A stretch of DNA of 47,648 nucleotides from Candidatus Heimdallarchaeota archaeon (GCA_019056785.1 DXJV01000065.1:1-47648), one strand, 5' to 3'. Positions 19,726 through 29,730 are shown, counted from the first letter of the stretch. The notes: a model not told the origin generated them from the letters alone. Made by a program: numbers and translations.

Positions 19726-20901
19726 TTAGTGTGGAGTTCCTAGCGGGAATTGATCGACATGGTCCCCACCATCTATAGGATAGGTTCCAACTCCGCCCCA
19801 ATCATCCCAATAGTTTCCTTCCGAAATAATTGCATTGTACCAGTAATTTCTTGCGTCATTACTTGCTACCAGACTATCGTCATAGGCTTGTGATTGATTG
19901 GAGGTTTGACCATTTAAATTGTTATTATAGAAATTGTTATGGTAGATCACCGAATCACTTGTGAAAGTCGCATTGATAGCATAGCTAGCACCATTCCGAA
20001 ACAGATTTTGGCTGACAGTAATTTTTAAAGCATCATATAATATGAGAGCTTGGGTATTGTTATAGAAGAAATTTGCTTTCACGTAAATTTCTGAACAACC
20101 ACCTATCTCTATGCCGGCAATTTTATTATAGCTACAATCATTTATTTCCAGGTTAGCGAGACTAACAGCGCCAAGGAGAAAAATACCAAAATTATTATTC
20201 AAACAGGTATTATTCATGAGCTGAATATTCTCTATCGAACCCTGATGAAACCCTCCTGGGTAGGAGTACCAATCACGCGCATCAATAAAAATGCCGATAC
20301 TACTATTAAGACAGATGTTATCATAAACATTAATGTTATCTGAGACCCCCCAGACTTCGATGGCATGAGAAAGCGAGGTTAAGGTATTTAGCTCAATTAG
20401 GCAATTTTTCGAAGAAAAGACATTTATGCCAATCATTGATTTATTTGCTTCGCCGATGAGGTTATTTTGACTTATTACTGTTCCTGGCGCAGATTCAAGA
20501 CCAATACCATAGCTTTCTGGTAAAACGGTAATAGTATTTTGGGTTATTATGGCAGTATTAGCTTTTATATTCCGGATGTAAATGCCCGCATTTCCTGAAA
20601 CGGTGCAATTATGGATGATAAAATGACTCGAGGTGTCAGAGATGAGGATACCATATACAGATTGAACTTCAATGGTTAAATTCTCGATGCGGTAGGGATC
20701 TTCCTCTGTCCCCGCACCGGGAAAGTTATATCGTTTTGTGAAGTCCTTATCTTTGGTTATCACAATGTATCCATAATTGTACTCTCGATTTGCTCGTATC
20801 CAAGCAAAAATTCCAATAAATGCGCCACCTGCAATTATAACGGCAATCAAAATGACAATACCTTTTGTGCTCATTTTTGGGAATTTATCACGAAGGCTCA
20901 C
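19726..20901 (-). CDS. NosD-like right-handed parallel beta-helix protein with N-terminal membrane anchor
   Basis: FPGAGTEEDPYRIENLTI, repeated N/GI.I beta-helix turns, IYHNNFYNN and GNYWDDW motifs; GGTGA SD before GTG. Confidence 0.85.
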   Translation of the reverse strand: MSLRDKFPKMSTKGIVILIAVIIAGGAFIGIFAWIRANREYNYGYIVITKDKDFTKRYNFPGAGTEEDPYRIENLTIEVQSVYGILISDTSSHFIIHNCTVSGNAGIYIRNIKANTAIITQNTITVLPESYGIGLESAPGTVISQNNLIGEANKSMIGINVFSSKNCLIELNTLTSLSHAIEVWGVSDNINVYDNICLNSSIGIFIDARDWYSYPGGFHQGSIENIQLMNNTCLNNNFGIFLLGAVSLANLEINDCSYNKIAGIEIGGCSEIYVKANFFYNNTQALILYDALKITVSQNLFRNGASYAINATFTSDSVIYHNNFYNNNLNGQTSNQSQAYDDSLVASNDARNYWYNAIISEGNYWDDWGGVGTYPIDGGDHVDQFPLGTPH

Positions 20902-21027
20902 AGTCGTTCACCATACAACTAAACAATAAATATTGTTGCTTAATGAAAATTGTTATTATTTGTAAAATAGCGCTTTTTTTGACAACCACTCACCAGGCTC
21001 TTTTCTGTCTGTAGGTTTTTTAGAAAA

Positions 21028-22686
21028 CTACTTTTCTATGGCATAAGCCAAGCCATCTTGATTGACTTTTCCATCTACAAGCTCGATAACTCTGGTCCCA
21101 TCTCTAACAAGATTGATGTCGTGAGTGGTGATGATTAGTGTCTTTTTTTGTTGATGGTGGAATTGGTAAAGTTGATTCATAGCTATTTCAGCAAGTTCGG
21201 CATCCATATTTGCTGTTGGCTCATCTAAAATGAGGAGCTCAGGAGAGCCATATTGGGCGATTGCTAGTGAAGCTCTTTGTAATTCTCCGCCAGAAATTTC
21301 TAACGGAAAAGAATCCTTTCGATGGGTGATTTGAAATGGTTCAAAAAACGAATCAATCTGTTCAACGGGCAATTGTTGAGGTTTAATTGTTTTTCCTGAG
21401 AGAAGATCTTTTAAAAATAAATTCTCAGCAACGGTAATGTAAGGATGAAGGTCTCCTTGTTGTGAAACAATGCCAATATTCTCCCGTCGAAATCTCGAGC
21501 GTTGGCTTTCATTCATCTTTTGAAGTTCGTAGTTGAGGATTTTAATTGTGCCACTTGATACTGGTTCGATCCCTGTAATTAATTTGACAGCAGTTGTTTT
21601 CCCAGAGCCACTAGGACCAATAATAAAAACCATTTCCCCCTCATGAATATCAACGCTTACCTTGGAAAGAGCATGAACAGGATTATTCCTGGACCCATAA
21701 ACTTTTGAGACATTTCGTAAAGCTACTGTGATGGTTTTTGTGGCAAAATAGTCTCTAGGTAGCGTTTTTATTTCAAGGAACTTCTGCTTCCGGACTTCTT
21801 GGTGAGTAGCCTTCTTCGGTGGAATACCTTCCGGATGTTTTAACACTACAGTGGAATCTTCATGAAGCTCGAATTCCACTTGATTTTTTAATTGCATTAC
21901 ACGGTAAATTTGGTTAGGAATCCGGACATTTTGCGAAGAATCGATTTGACTTTTGAATTTGAGTGGGAAAGTTTGTTCATAGAAGCGCAAGTCTTCGAGT
22001 GTGTGCATTAGAGCGCTCACTCTCCCACTTTGAATTTCGCAAAAGCGGTCCACACCTTTGAGGAACCGGATGTCATGTGTTACCACTAATACAGTTGTGC
22101 CAAAATCGCGAGCAATCTCTCGCAACATCTTCTTGACAATTTCTGTGTTCTCCGAATCCAGCTGGCCGGTTGGTTCATCACAAAGAAGTAAAGGAGCATT
22201 CTTTGCTATCATACAAGCTATTGCTGTTCGGATCATTTCTCCCCCTGAGAGAGAACTCACATGTCTGTGTGTAAGATGGTCGATACCAAGTGACTCTAAG
22301 ATCTCTTTGGCATGTAGTTTATTCTCTTTTTTACTTGCAGATTGTAAACTTGAGGCAAATAGTAAATTATCGAAGACAGTGCCGGTCAAGAAGAGAGTTC
22401 GTTCTGGGAATTGATGAACTAACCCCACCATTCGTAAACGGTACTCCAACAATTCTTTGTCAGAAAGCGCTCCTAATTCATATTGCTCTACAAACACTTC
22501 ACCACTCGAAATAGACTCCATTCCGGCAAGTATTTTAATCAAGGTTGATTTCCCGGAGCCACTGGGGCCAATTATCGAAACAACTTCACCTTTTTTTATG
22601 TTTAAATCAATACCACGCAAAGCAGCTATTCGGACATTTGTTTCGGGATTTGCATAAATTTTGATGACATCATAGCAATCTATCAT
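21028..22686 (-). CDS. LolD/MacB-type ABC ATPase with two NBDs separated by an AbrB-like domain
   Basis: NBD1 GPSGSGKST/LSGGE/CDEPT/VTH; NBD2 GPSGSGKTT/ISGGE/LDEPT/TTH; linker IDSSQNVRIP..L...VEFEL..STVVLKHP. Confidence 0.88.
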   Translation of the reverse strand: MIDCYDVIKIYANPETNVRIAALRGIDLNIKKGEVVSIIGPSGSGKSTLIKILAGMESISSGEVFVEQYELGALSDKELLEYRLRMVGLVHQFPERTLFLTGTVFDNLLFASSLQSASKKENKLHAKEILESLGIDHLTHRHVSSLSGGEMIRTAIACMIAKNAPLLLCDEPTGQLDSENTEIVKKMLREIARDFGTTVLVVTHDIRFLKGVDRFCEIQSGRVSALMHTLEDLRFYEQTFPLKFKSQIDSSQNVRIPNQIYRVMQLKNQVEFELHEDSTVVLKHPEGIPPKKATHQEVRKQKFLEIKTLPRDYFATKTITVALRNVSKVYGSRNNPVHALSKVSVDIHEGEMVFIIGPSGSGKTTAVKLITGIEPVSSGTIKILNYELQKMNESQRSRFRRENIGIVSQQGDLHPYITVAENLFLKDLLSGKTIKPQQLPVEQIDSFFEPFQITHRKDSFPLEISGGELQRASLAIAQYGSPELLILDEPTANMDAELAEIAMNQLYQFHHQQKKTLIITTHDINLVRDGTRVIELVDGKVNQDGLAYAIEK

Positions 22687-22695
22687 TCTTATTTT

Positions 22696-25527
22696 TCACT
22701 CCTGTTTTTCTACTTTGAAGCGATAAATAGCTGGGAAAAGCACCGCAAGCCAACCGACTAATAGTAAAGCCTGTCCAAGAAGGAAGACAAGAAGAAAGAG
22801 CCACCAGGGAATTCCAGGGTGATAAGGATAATAATATTCTTTTGCTCCTAAGAAATTCAATGCTAGAACCTTTACTAAGAATAATGACGAAAGGATTGCC
22901 AGGAGTAAGGGGAGGGAATTTATTAACACATGCTCTAATGAGAAATAGCCGATGAGTTGCTGTTTTCGGGCGCCCACACGATAAAGCGAATCAATGATAC
23001 GTTTTCGTTCATCGAAAATGCGAATTGAAGTGAAAAAGCCTACAAAAACAAGCAGGAGACTCGAGAGAATGCTGAAAAAGAACAAGTTATTCTGAGTAAA
23101 AGTGTCAATATTTAACGACATTTCATTTAGTAATTGGTTATAAGAAATCGCACTAAGATTCAATGCTGCTAGTTTCGAGAGGACAGTTGGAATAGCACTC
23201 TCATTCACAGGCTGAATTAACTTTACTGTGTTTGAAGCCACCTCTGTGGAAAAGGCAACATTACCAACGATGTCACGAGCTGTTTCACGATTGGAGATGA
23301 GTGAAAAAACCTCATAATCTTTTGAGATAAGGGGTTTTTTAGGGAGAGGAACCAAAGGAAAGATGTCAAAGGAATTAATGAACGTGAGATTTGTAAGCGC
23401 AAATCTTGTGAAAGTGGCTGTGGAGAAAGCCGCCCCAGAAGTTAGTTTATTTTTGCGAGCAAAAGACCGGTCCATAAGAACAGTCATATCTTCCTCAAGT
23501 GCTAACACATCCTCTTTGTTAACTGTAATGTCTGCAGCTTGAGAAAGATCCACAACATCAATGAAAGTTGTCGGATCTTCAAGCCCAATATAATTTATTG
23601 TAAAACTGAAGGGGAAAGTAAACTCCTCATTGCTCTCTTTCAGCTTGAAGATTGTTACTTCTGTATAGGCGCGAATTTCTGAGATGTTATTTAAGTAAGC
23701 ATCTAACTCATCTGATGGGTCAACCCAATGCATTATTGCTATGTTGACTCCACCCATTGCAAGGACTGCTTCTTTCTTAGTATTAACGTCAAGTGAACGG
23801 GACATTGCCACGCCAGGGAGAATAACGGTTCCAAAAATCAAAGCCCCAAGAACCGCAACCTGAAAAATATCACGTTGTGCTACTAAGTGTTTCATCGAAA
23901 GAACGGCCATATTTTGCCTTCGCTTCCAAAGATAGTTTGTGAGAACACTCCAGAACAAAGCATTTAATCGTGCAATAATTAAGAAAGTGAATGTTAAGAG
24001 AAAGGCAATACTACACGAAATCATGAAGTAAAGTAAAGTTAAATAGGACAAGCTCGACGTGATGCTTCCAGCGCTTTGGTTTTGATTGTAGCCAACAAAA
24101 AGGAGAACCGACACCAAGCTAAAAAACAAAGCAATAATTATTAACCGAAATTCGTTGGTTGAAAAAAGATTGCGGATTTTCCGGCGCTTCTTTTGATATT
24201 CCTCAGAAATAGTCTCAGTTGTTTTCTTTGCGATGGAATGTTGAATATAAATACTCAGTGCAAAAAAGGCCCCAATAAAAGTAATGAGAGTTATGAACAA
24301 AAGGGGTTCAGTTAAAAAGCCCCGGAAAAAGGGCAAATGTTCGGCTTGAACATGTCTCGTGCTCAGAAAACCGATGAAGAAGCCAAGACAAACTCCACCA
24401 ATTGCACTTACACTTGTTAACAATAGATTTTCTAAGAAGATAAAACGCTGAATTAATGTAAAACTTATACCATATAGTTTCATTTTTCTGAAAGCATTGC
24501 TTAAATCCTTTGAACCGATATTTAAAGCTACAACACTTAAGAGGCCCACAATGAGAAAGAGTGGCGAATTAATTGAAAGGATTTTAATGGTTTCCTCAAC
24601 CCAGAAATCACTAAATTTAACGAACAGATCTTTTAGATCCGGGCAGAGTTCTACCAGAGAGTTTAGAAACGGTGAGATTGCAAGATCGTTTGATTTTGGG
24701 AAGAGCTGCAGATACTTTATCAAAGCATTGAGTTTTAAATCTGTTAAATCATATGTGAAGTCCACCAGGTGAGTAACTACGCCATAAAAAGTACCCATTT
24801 CATGAGTGACTGTATTAAAGAGTGAGTAATTTGTTAGAAACCGATTTATACCGTGGTAATTGTAAAAAGCAAGATTATCAAACGACCAATGAAAGACATC
24901 TGCTGAAAGCCCGGCTTCTATAAACGCAGCATCCAAATTATCAACAATACCAACAATGGTATAATTTAAAGGGTCACTATTTAACTCTGTTATGCTATAA
25001 TATAAACGCATTTCATTCAGAGAGATTGTTGTTTCATTGTTTTTAACCCAGAGAAGTTCAGATGAATTTCGAGGTAACCGGCCCGCAACAAGGCAGCTGC
25101 CAACAACAGTAAAAGCAACATCATCAACGGTCATTAACTCATGAGTGAGCCAAGGTTCACCGGGGATTGAAGAATTAAATTCATTGATTTGCACACTCAT
25201 TGCAGTTGTGCTATTTACAACCCGCACCCGAGGAATTAAGCTCGTTGTAAGAGTTGAGAAATCTGTTGTTAAGTTGGTAAGATAGTCACTACCAAAATCC
25301 AACAAGCCAGATTTAATCTGATTTGAACTTACACTGATAAAGCCATCATCAGACCAATTAACATGTTCCTCTTGAAATCGTTGAAATGATTGAAAACGAT
25401 GGGTATAAACAATCATAACAAGGCTAACAATTGTGAGGAAAATAAGGCCACCACTTACGATAGTGAGAAGTAACCGCTTTTTGCCGGTTTTTAAATAAAT
25501 ACTAAAAAGTTCACCTTTAGCCATCAT
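22696..25527 (-). CDS. FtsX/MacB-family ABC permease with two large extracellular domains
   Basis: GRLP..SE, FRKMKLYG..FLEN and LYRVGA...FSLE motifs; two TM bundles. Start set at MMAKGE (25527); 9 nt upstream of the ATPase. Confidence 0.82.
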   Translation of the reverse strand: MMAKGELFSIYLKTGKKRLLLTIVSGGLIFLTIVSLVMIVYTHRFQSFQRFQEEHVNWSDDGFISVSSNQIKSGLLDFGSDYLTNLTTDFSTLTTSLIPRVRVVNSTTAMSVQINEFNSSIPGEPWLTHELMTVDDVAFTVVGSCLVAGRLPRNSSELLWVKNNETTISLNEMRLYYSITELNSDPLNYTIVGIVDNLDAAFIEAGLSADVFHWSFDNLAFYNYHGINRFLTNYSLFNTVTHEMGTFYGVVTHLVDFTYDLTDLKLNALIKYLQLFPKSNDLAISPFLNSLVELCPDLKDLFVKFSDFWVEETIKILSINSPLFLIVGLLSVVALNIGSKDLSNAFRKMKLYGISFTLIQRFIFLENLLLTSVSAIGGVCLGFFIGFLSTRHVQAEHLPFFRGFLTEPLLFITLITFIGAFFALSIYIQHSIAKKTTETISEEYQKKRRKIRNLFSTNEFRLIIIALFFSLVSVLLFVGYNQNQSAGSITSSLSYLTLLYFMISCSIAFLLTFTFLIIARLNALFWSVLTNYLWKRRQNMAVLSMKHLVAQRDIFQVAVLGALIFGTVILPGVAMSRSLDVNTKKEAVLAMGGVNIAIMHWVDPSDELDAYLNNISEIRAYTEVTIFKLKESNEEFTFPFSFTINYIGLEDPTTFIDVVDLSQAADITVNKEDVLALEEDMTVLMDRSFARKNKLTSGAAFSTATFTRFALTNLTFINSFDIFPLVPLPKKPLISKDYEVFSLISNRETARDIVGNVAFSTEVASNTVKLIQPVNESAIPTVLSKLAALNLSAISYNQLLNEMSLNIDTFTQNNLFFFSILSSLLLVFVGFFTSIRIFDERKRIIDSLYRVGARKQQLIGYFSLEHVLINSLPLLLAILSSLFLVKVLALNFLGAKEYYYPYHPGIPWWLFLLVFLLGQALLLVGWLAVLFPAIYRFKVEKQE

Positions 25528-25739
25528 ACTTGTTGAATGGTGTGAGTGTTTCAAACAAAATAACTCCTCAAGATTATCAAGAGATAAGATCTTTAAATTT
25601 AAAAAGATTAAGAACATTTTCAGAATGTTAATTATTCAGTTTGTTTTGAACAAAATCATGCTTTTCCTGGAAAAATCGGTCTAGCCGAAACTATAGCTAG
25701 AGAAAAAAAAGAAAAGCCAGTTTGATTTGGCTTTAGAAA

Positions 25740-25979
25740 TTACTGACAAAAAGAACATTGACTTGAAATTGGACTTGTTGGTTTTAAAATCAATTGCCCG
25801 CCGAGTGATATTTCTTCACCCATCCAATTTCCCGGACCGGGGCTATTGCCAGGATCATCAGGTCCGCTTTCGGCTGGCACAGGTTCAGCATTTAGTATGC
25901 TTACACTTAGCACACTGGCAATTGAAACAACACTTACAAGTGCAATAATTCCAATTAAAACCTTTGTTTTAGTTTTCAC
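25740..25979 (-). CDS. Small secreted peptide (79 aa) with signal peptide, G/P/D-rich core and C-terminal CxxC
   Basis: MKTKTK plus hydrophobic stretch plus LNA/VPA cleavage-like sites; GGGGA SD before GTG. Confidence 0.7.
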   Translation of the reverse strand: MKTKTKVLIGIIALVSVVSIASVLSVSILNAEPVPAESGPDDPGNSPGPGNWMGEEISLGGQLILKPTSPISSQCSFCQ

Positions 25980-26016
25980 GTTTAAGTCCCCAAGTTTTAG
26001 TTCAATTATTAAAAGG

Positions 26017-26030
26017 TCTGTTTAAACAGA
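26017..26030. promoter_or_regulatory. Perfect 14-bp palindrome in the divergent promoter region (candidate operator)
   Basis: TCTGTTTAAACAGA between the peptide gene and the regulator gene. Confidence 0.4.
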
Positions 26031-26113
26031 ACACTTAAAATATTTATATCTAATAAATAGTATAACACATATAAAAAATATTCCATAGAAAAGGCAAAGG
26101 TTGGAAAAATAGC

Positions 26114-27562
26114 GTGGTTCCCCAAAAAACAAAAAGAGAAAGAGTGAAAATCTATCAGCAAATGACAAAGGGACCTGAGAAATATCGAAAACTAGACCTG
26201 GAAAAAATACCTATGGAGGCTTTTAGGGAGACACTACCTGAAGCACTTCCAGCATTTATTAAAGAAGACATCGCGTTTTATTTTGATTATCTACGTGCAA
26301 ATCGAAGCAAACAAGCACTCCATAATTGGGAAAAAACCACGGGTTGTACCGATTCCCCGAATAGTTGGAAGACACCAAATTATCGCCCAATTTTTTCCTT
26401 TCTCTATTATGATCGAATTACTGATGGATTGTTTTTACCTTTGCTATTAAATAAACTCGAGATAGCAGCTGCCTATGGTCATCCCTTCTCGGTCGAAGAA
26501 TTTAACAAACTTTGCAGATTGAGTATTGTAGGTTTCCGACCGAAAATTGATGCTATTGACTTAAAAATTCTTGATGCCCTTTCCAGGGAACCCTTTCTCG
26601 TCACTCAAGCCCTAGCAGAGCGGATAAGACATTCATACGCAACAGTTTATCATCACGTCCAGCATCTGAAAGCAAAAATGGGCTTGCGAATAACAACTCG
26701 CGTGAATTGGAAGAAATTGGGGATTCAACGGTATTTTGTTGTTACAAGGGATGAAGAGCTGTTAAAAGCCTTTGATACCCATTCTAAGTCTCTTGATGGA
26801 AAAGCATCTTTTCTTTGGGGTGAAGTTTTTCATTTACACTATTTTCTCTTAAATGACCGGCAAAAGCAAGTATTTTTCCAAAGATATGACACCCTTCCAA
26901 AAGCTGATCGAGACAATCTCTCCATATATCATTTACTTACAACACCCATTTCTGGTTATAATTTTCGAACATTCAATTTACAAGATCAACGCTGGGATTT
27001 TGACTTTGCACTTGCCTTCCTTACTCTAAAAACAAAATCAAAGATGCAAAAGAGCGCTCAACAAAAACAGAAAAAAGAGCTTAAAGAAAGATATTCTGTC
27101 ACGACGCTTGAAGCCCAGATAATCGAAGGACTGGTAGGAAATTACGAATTAACTCAGAAAGAGATTGCAAAAATGCTTGGGATACACGCGCCAAATCTTT
27201 CGATTATTAAAACGAAATTACAACGTGACAAAATTATTTTCCCGCAAATGATGGTAAATACTTTTCTCCCTTTAAATCTGGTTCTCTGGTGCTCAGGAAA
27301 AAGTCAACAAATCACTGCTATTTTAATTGAATTATTGCAACAAATGCCGTTTGCAAACATCTCTCAAGTGGAACCACACAAGCAAACAACAGAAGATTCA
27401 GAACTCATTGCATTTCTAACTATTGATGACATTTTATACTCAAGCTTGATAACTTTTCTTATGGAACTAAAAAAAGAAGGAGAGATCAAGGACTTTCGCT
27501 TGGGAATGGTTGTTGATAGTTATTTTGGCATGGTAAAGCCAACGGATTTGCTACTAGAATAA
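26114..27562 (+). CDS. Transcriptional regulator with two Lrp/AsnC-like winged-HTH modules
   Basis: IDAIDLKILDAL...LAERIRHSYATVYHHVQHL..NWKKLGI and LEAQIIEGL..TQKEIAKMLGI..NLSIIKTKL. Confidence 0.75.
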   Translation: MVPQKTKRERVKIYQQMTKGPEKYRKLDLEKIPMEAFRETLPEALPAFIKEDIAFYFDYLRANRSKQALHNWEKTTGCTDSPNSWKTPNYRPIFSFLYYDRITDGLFLPLLLNKLEIAAAYGHPFSVEEFNKLCRLSIVGFRPKIDAIDLKILDALSREPFLVTQALAERIRHSYATVYHHVQHLKAKMGLRITTRVNWKKLGIQRYFVVTRDEELLKAFDTHSKSLDGKASFLWGEVFHLHYFLLNDRQKQVFFQRYDTLPKADRDNLSIYHLLTTPISGYNFRTFNLQDQRWDFDFALAFLTLKTKSKMQKSAQQKQKKELKERYSVTTLEAQIIEGLVGNYELTQKEIAKMLGIHAPNLSIIKTKLQRDKIIFPQMMVNTFLPLNLVLWCSGKSQQITAILIELLQQMPFANISQVEPHKQTTEDSELIAFLTIDDILYSSLITFLMELKKEGEIKDFRLGMVVDSYFGMVKPTDLLLE

Positions 27563-27691
27563 TTTTTCACCCAACAACAACCTTACAATAACTCAGCAGA
27601 AAATTTCTTGCGCCATTCATGGCTTCTTGCTTATCCCTTAAAGATCGATTCCTAAAATGGAAAAAAGAAGGATTGAATATTAATGCTCTAT

Positions 27692-28393
27692 CTACATATC
27701 ATTAATATCGATGAAATAAATCGCCACACAATCGACGATTAAGACAATTTTTTGCCCGATTTGAGGTAGATGATAAGCATCTAATCCATGGGCGAATTGG
27801 AGAAAATAGAATACAAGAAAAAGGAGCATAACTATAAAGACGAAAATTGCCAGGAAAATATCCCAAAAAACACCAATACGGTATTTATGCAATTGAAGCT
27901 TTCGTTTTCGGAAGAATCGCAATGCTTGTGCAGCAAAATTAAAAAAAGCAAACCCGAAAACAAAAAGAAATGCCCCTATGCCATGAACTACCCGCTGAAA
28001 ATCATGGGGAAAAGCAACAAAAGCCGCCCCAAGCGAGAGAAAGAATGCATAAATGCTTTTTCTTGTTGCATATTTTAAGAGGTCTTTTTTGACAAGATAA
28101 ATAATGGCTATTGCAAGAGTAAGAATTGCCATCATTATAAAACCGGTGATAAAGATGATCATAGAGACATGATTATCATAACCCAACGCGCTTTTACGGC
28201 CACCAAGAGCACTTATGTATTCTTGAAAAAACTCATAGGATTCAGGATACTGCCACCAGCATAAAACAATGGTTAGAATAATAATTGGGGGCATGAAAAA
28301 AATTAAAATTCTGAGCAACTTTTGGAGGCTTTTTCGCTCTTGTCGTTTCATAATTTTGCTTTCGTTTTGAGTCATCATAACTTTACCAACCAA
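27692..28393 (-). CDS. DUF998-like membrane protein
   Basis: YP..Y.FF..YISALGG, FPHD...HGIGA and QK motifs; 6 TM. Confidence 0.65.
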   Translation of the reverse strand: MVGKVMMTQNESKIMKRQERKSLQKLLRILIFFMPPIIILTIVLCWWQYPESYEFFQEYISALGGRKSALGYDNHVSMIIFITGFIMMAILTLAIAIIYLVKKDLLKYATRKSIYAFFLSLGAAFVAFPHDFQRVVHGIGAFLFVFGFAFFNFAAQALRFFRKRKLQLHKYRIGVFWDIFLAIFVFIVMLLFLVFYFLQFAHGLDAYHLPQIGQKIVLIVDCVAIYFIDINDM

Positions 28394-28473
28394 ATGAAAA
28401 GGTACTTTTCAGTTTAAAAAAGTTAAGCTAGTATTCTAGAGCTGGGAGAAGAAAAAAAGAAAAAAAAGGGAAA

Positions 28474-28938
28474 TCATAAATTAGCTTTAAGGCGCTCCAA
28501 ATGCTTTTTATAATCTGCATCCTCAGGATTTAATTCAACACATTTTTCAGCTGAAGCCAAAGCATCTTCCTTTTGTCCAAGCTCGACATGTGCTCCAGAT
28601 TTCAAATAATGAAGCGCAGCTTGAACGAAAGTAGAATCTTCATTTTGCAACGCTTTTTCAGCGGTTATGACAGCATTTTGCCATTCTTTATTTCGCACAA
28701 AGGCTAAGGCTAGATAATAACCAATCTGCCCAGAGGTGTTTTGCTCAAAAGCCTTTTTAAGATGATCAATTGCTTTCGGCAATTCCTTTGTTTCTAAATA
28801 ACAGCGTCCATAATAATAATGAACGCGAAAATCGTCCGGCGCCATACCCTTTGCTGTTTGTAAATCAAGCAAAGCGTATTTTATATTTCCTTCTTTGAGG
28901 TTTTTTTCAACGCTTTTTAAAATGGGTTCCAGTGAAAT
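28474..28938 (-). CDS. Tetratricopeptide repeat protein
   Basis: TPR motifs HYYYGRCY..AIDHLKKA, YYLALAF..AEKAL and KCVELNPE. The frame is open upstream of TTG 28872; candidate ATT start at 28938. Confidence 0.8.
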   Translation of the reverse strand: MSLEPILKSVEKNLKEGNIKYALLDLQTAKGMAPDDFRVHYYYGRCYLETKELPKAIDHLKKAFEQNTSGQIGYYLALAFVRNKEWQNAVITAEKALQNEDSTFVQAALHYLKSGAHVELGQKEDALASAEKCVELNPEDADYKKHLERLKANL

Positions 28939-29091
28939 TTTTATCCCACCTTTTAAGTTGAGTTGCTTAAAGTAATTGTTTATTAATAGATTAAATTTTT
29001 GTTTTGAACATCAATAGGCTCTCAAACAATTCAAAACTATTAATTTCGAAAGAAAAAGAAAAGAGACGGGAAAGTAGCCGTCAAAAAATTT

Positions 29092-29541
29092 TCAAGACTT
29101 TTGGTAAACACCCACCAGTTCTGCAGCTGCAATAATCTTTCCCTTCATTGCCTTTTCGAGCTGTTTCTTTGTCACGTCACTGCTTAGCTCCAGTTTAGTA
29201 TTTAGGGCATACAATTTGAAGAAGTAGCGATGCTGACCGAAAGGCGGGCAAGGACCTCCATAACTGTTTTTTCCCCATGAATTTTTCCCAACAACAGCGC
29301 CGGCGGGTGTTGTACCTTCTGCAATCTCTGTTGTTTGTGGATCTATGTTCCAGAGAATCCAATGATCCCATGTACCCATTGGTGCATCGGGGTCGTCCAT
29401 AATTAAGACAAAACTTGCTGTTCCTTCAGGAATGTTCTGAAATTGAAGTGGAGGAATAATATCTTCACCCTGGCATGTATATTTTCGGGGGATAGTACTC
29501 ATATGGGTAAAAGCAGGACTTGAGATGGCAAATTCAGACAT
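29092..29541 (-). CDS. YbhB/YbcL family PEBP (Raf kinase inhibitor-like) protein
   Basis: DDPDAP, WDHWILWNI, YGGPCPP and HRYFFKLYAL motifs. Confidence 0.93.
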   Translation of the reverse strand: MSEFAISSPAFTHMSTIPRKYTCQGEDIIPPLQFQNIPEGTASFVLIMDDPDAPMGTWDHWILWNIDPQTTEIAEGTTPAGAVVGKNSWGKNSYGGPCPPFGQHRYFFKLYALNTKLELSSDVTKKQLEKAMKGKIIAAAELVGVYQKS

Positions 29542-29730
29542 TGGCAATCACCCTTATGTTTTTGATAAATAATTAGGGAATTTTTTCTTTAATTTGTTTT
29601 GGCTTTAAGTTTTTGGTTATTAAAAATAGAAAGGAACAACGATAAAAAAGAGGCTTACTTTTATTTTGCTCATTAAGGAGGATTTTTATATAAACAAACA
29701 ACACAAAAAAGATAGCTTAAATGGATACTG

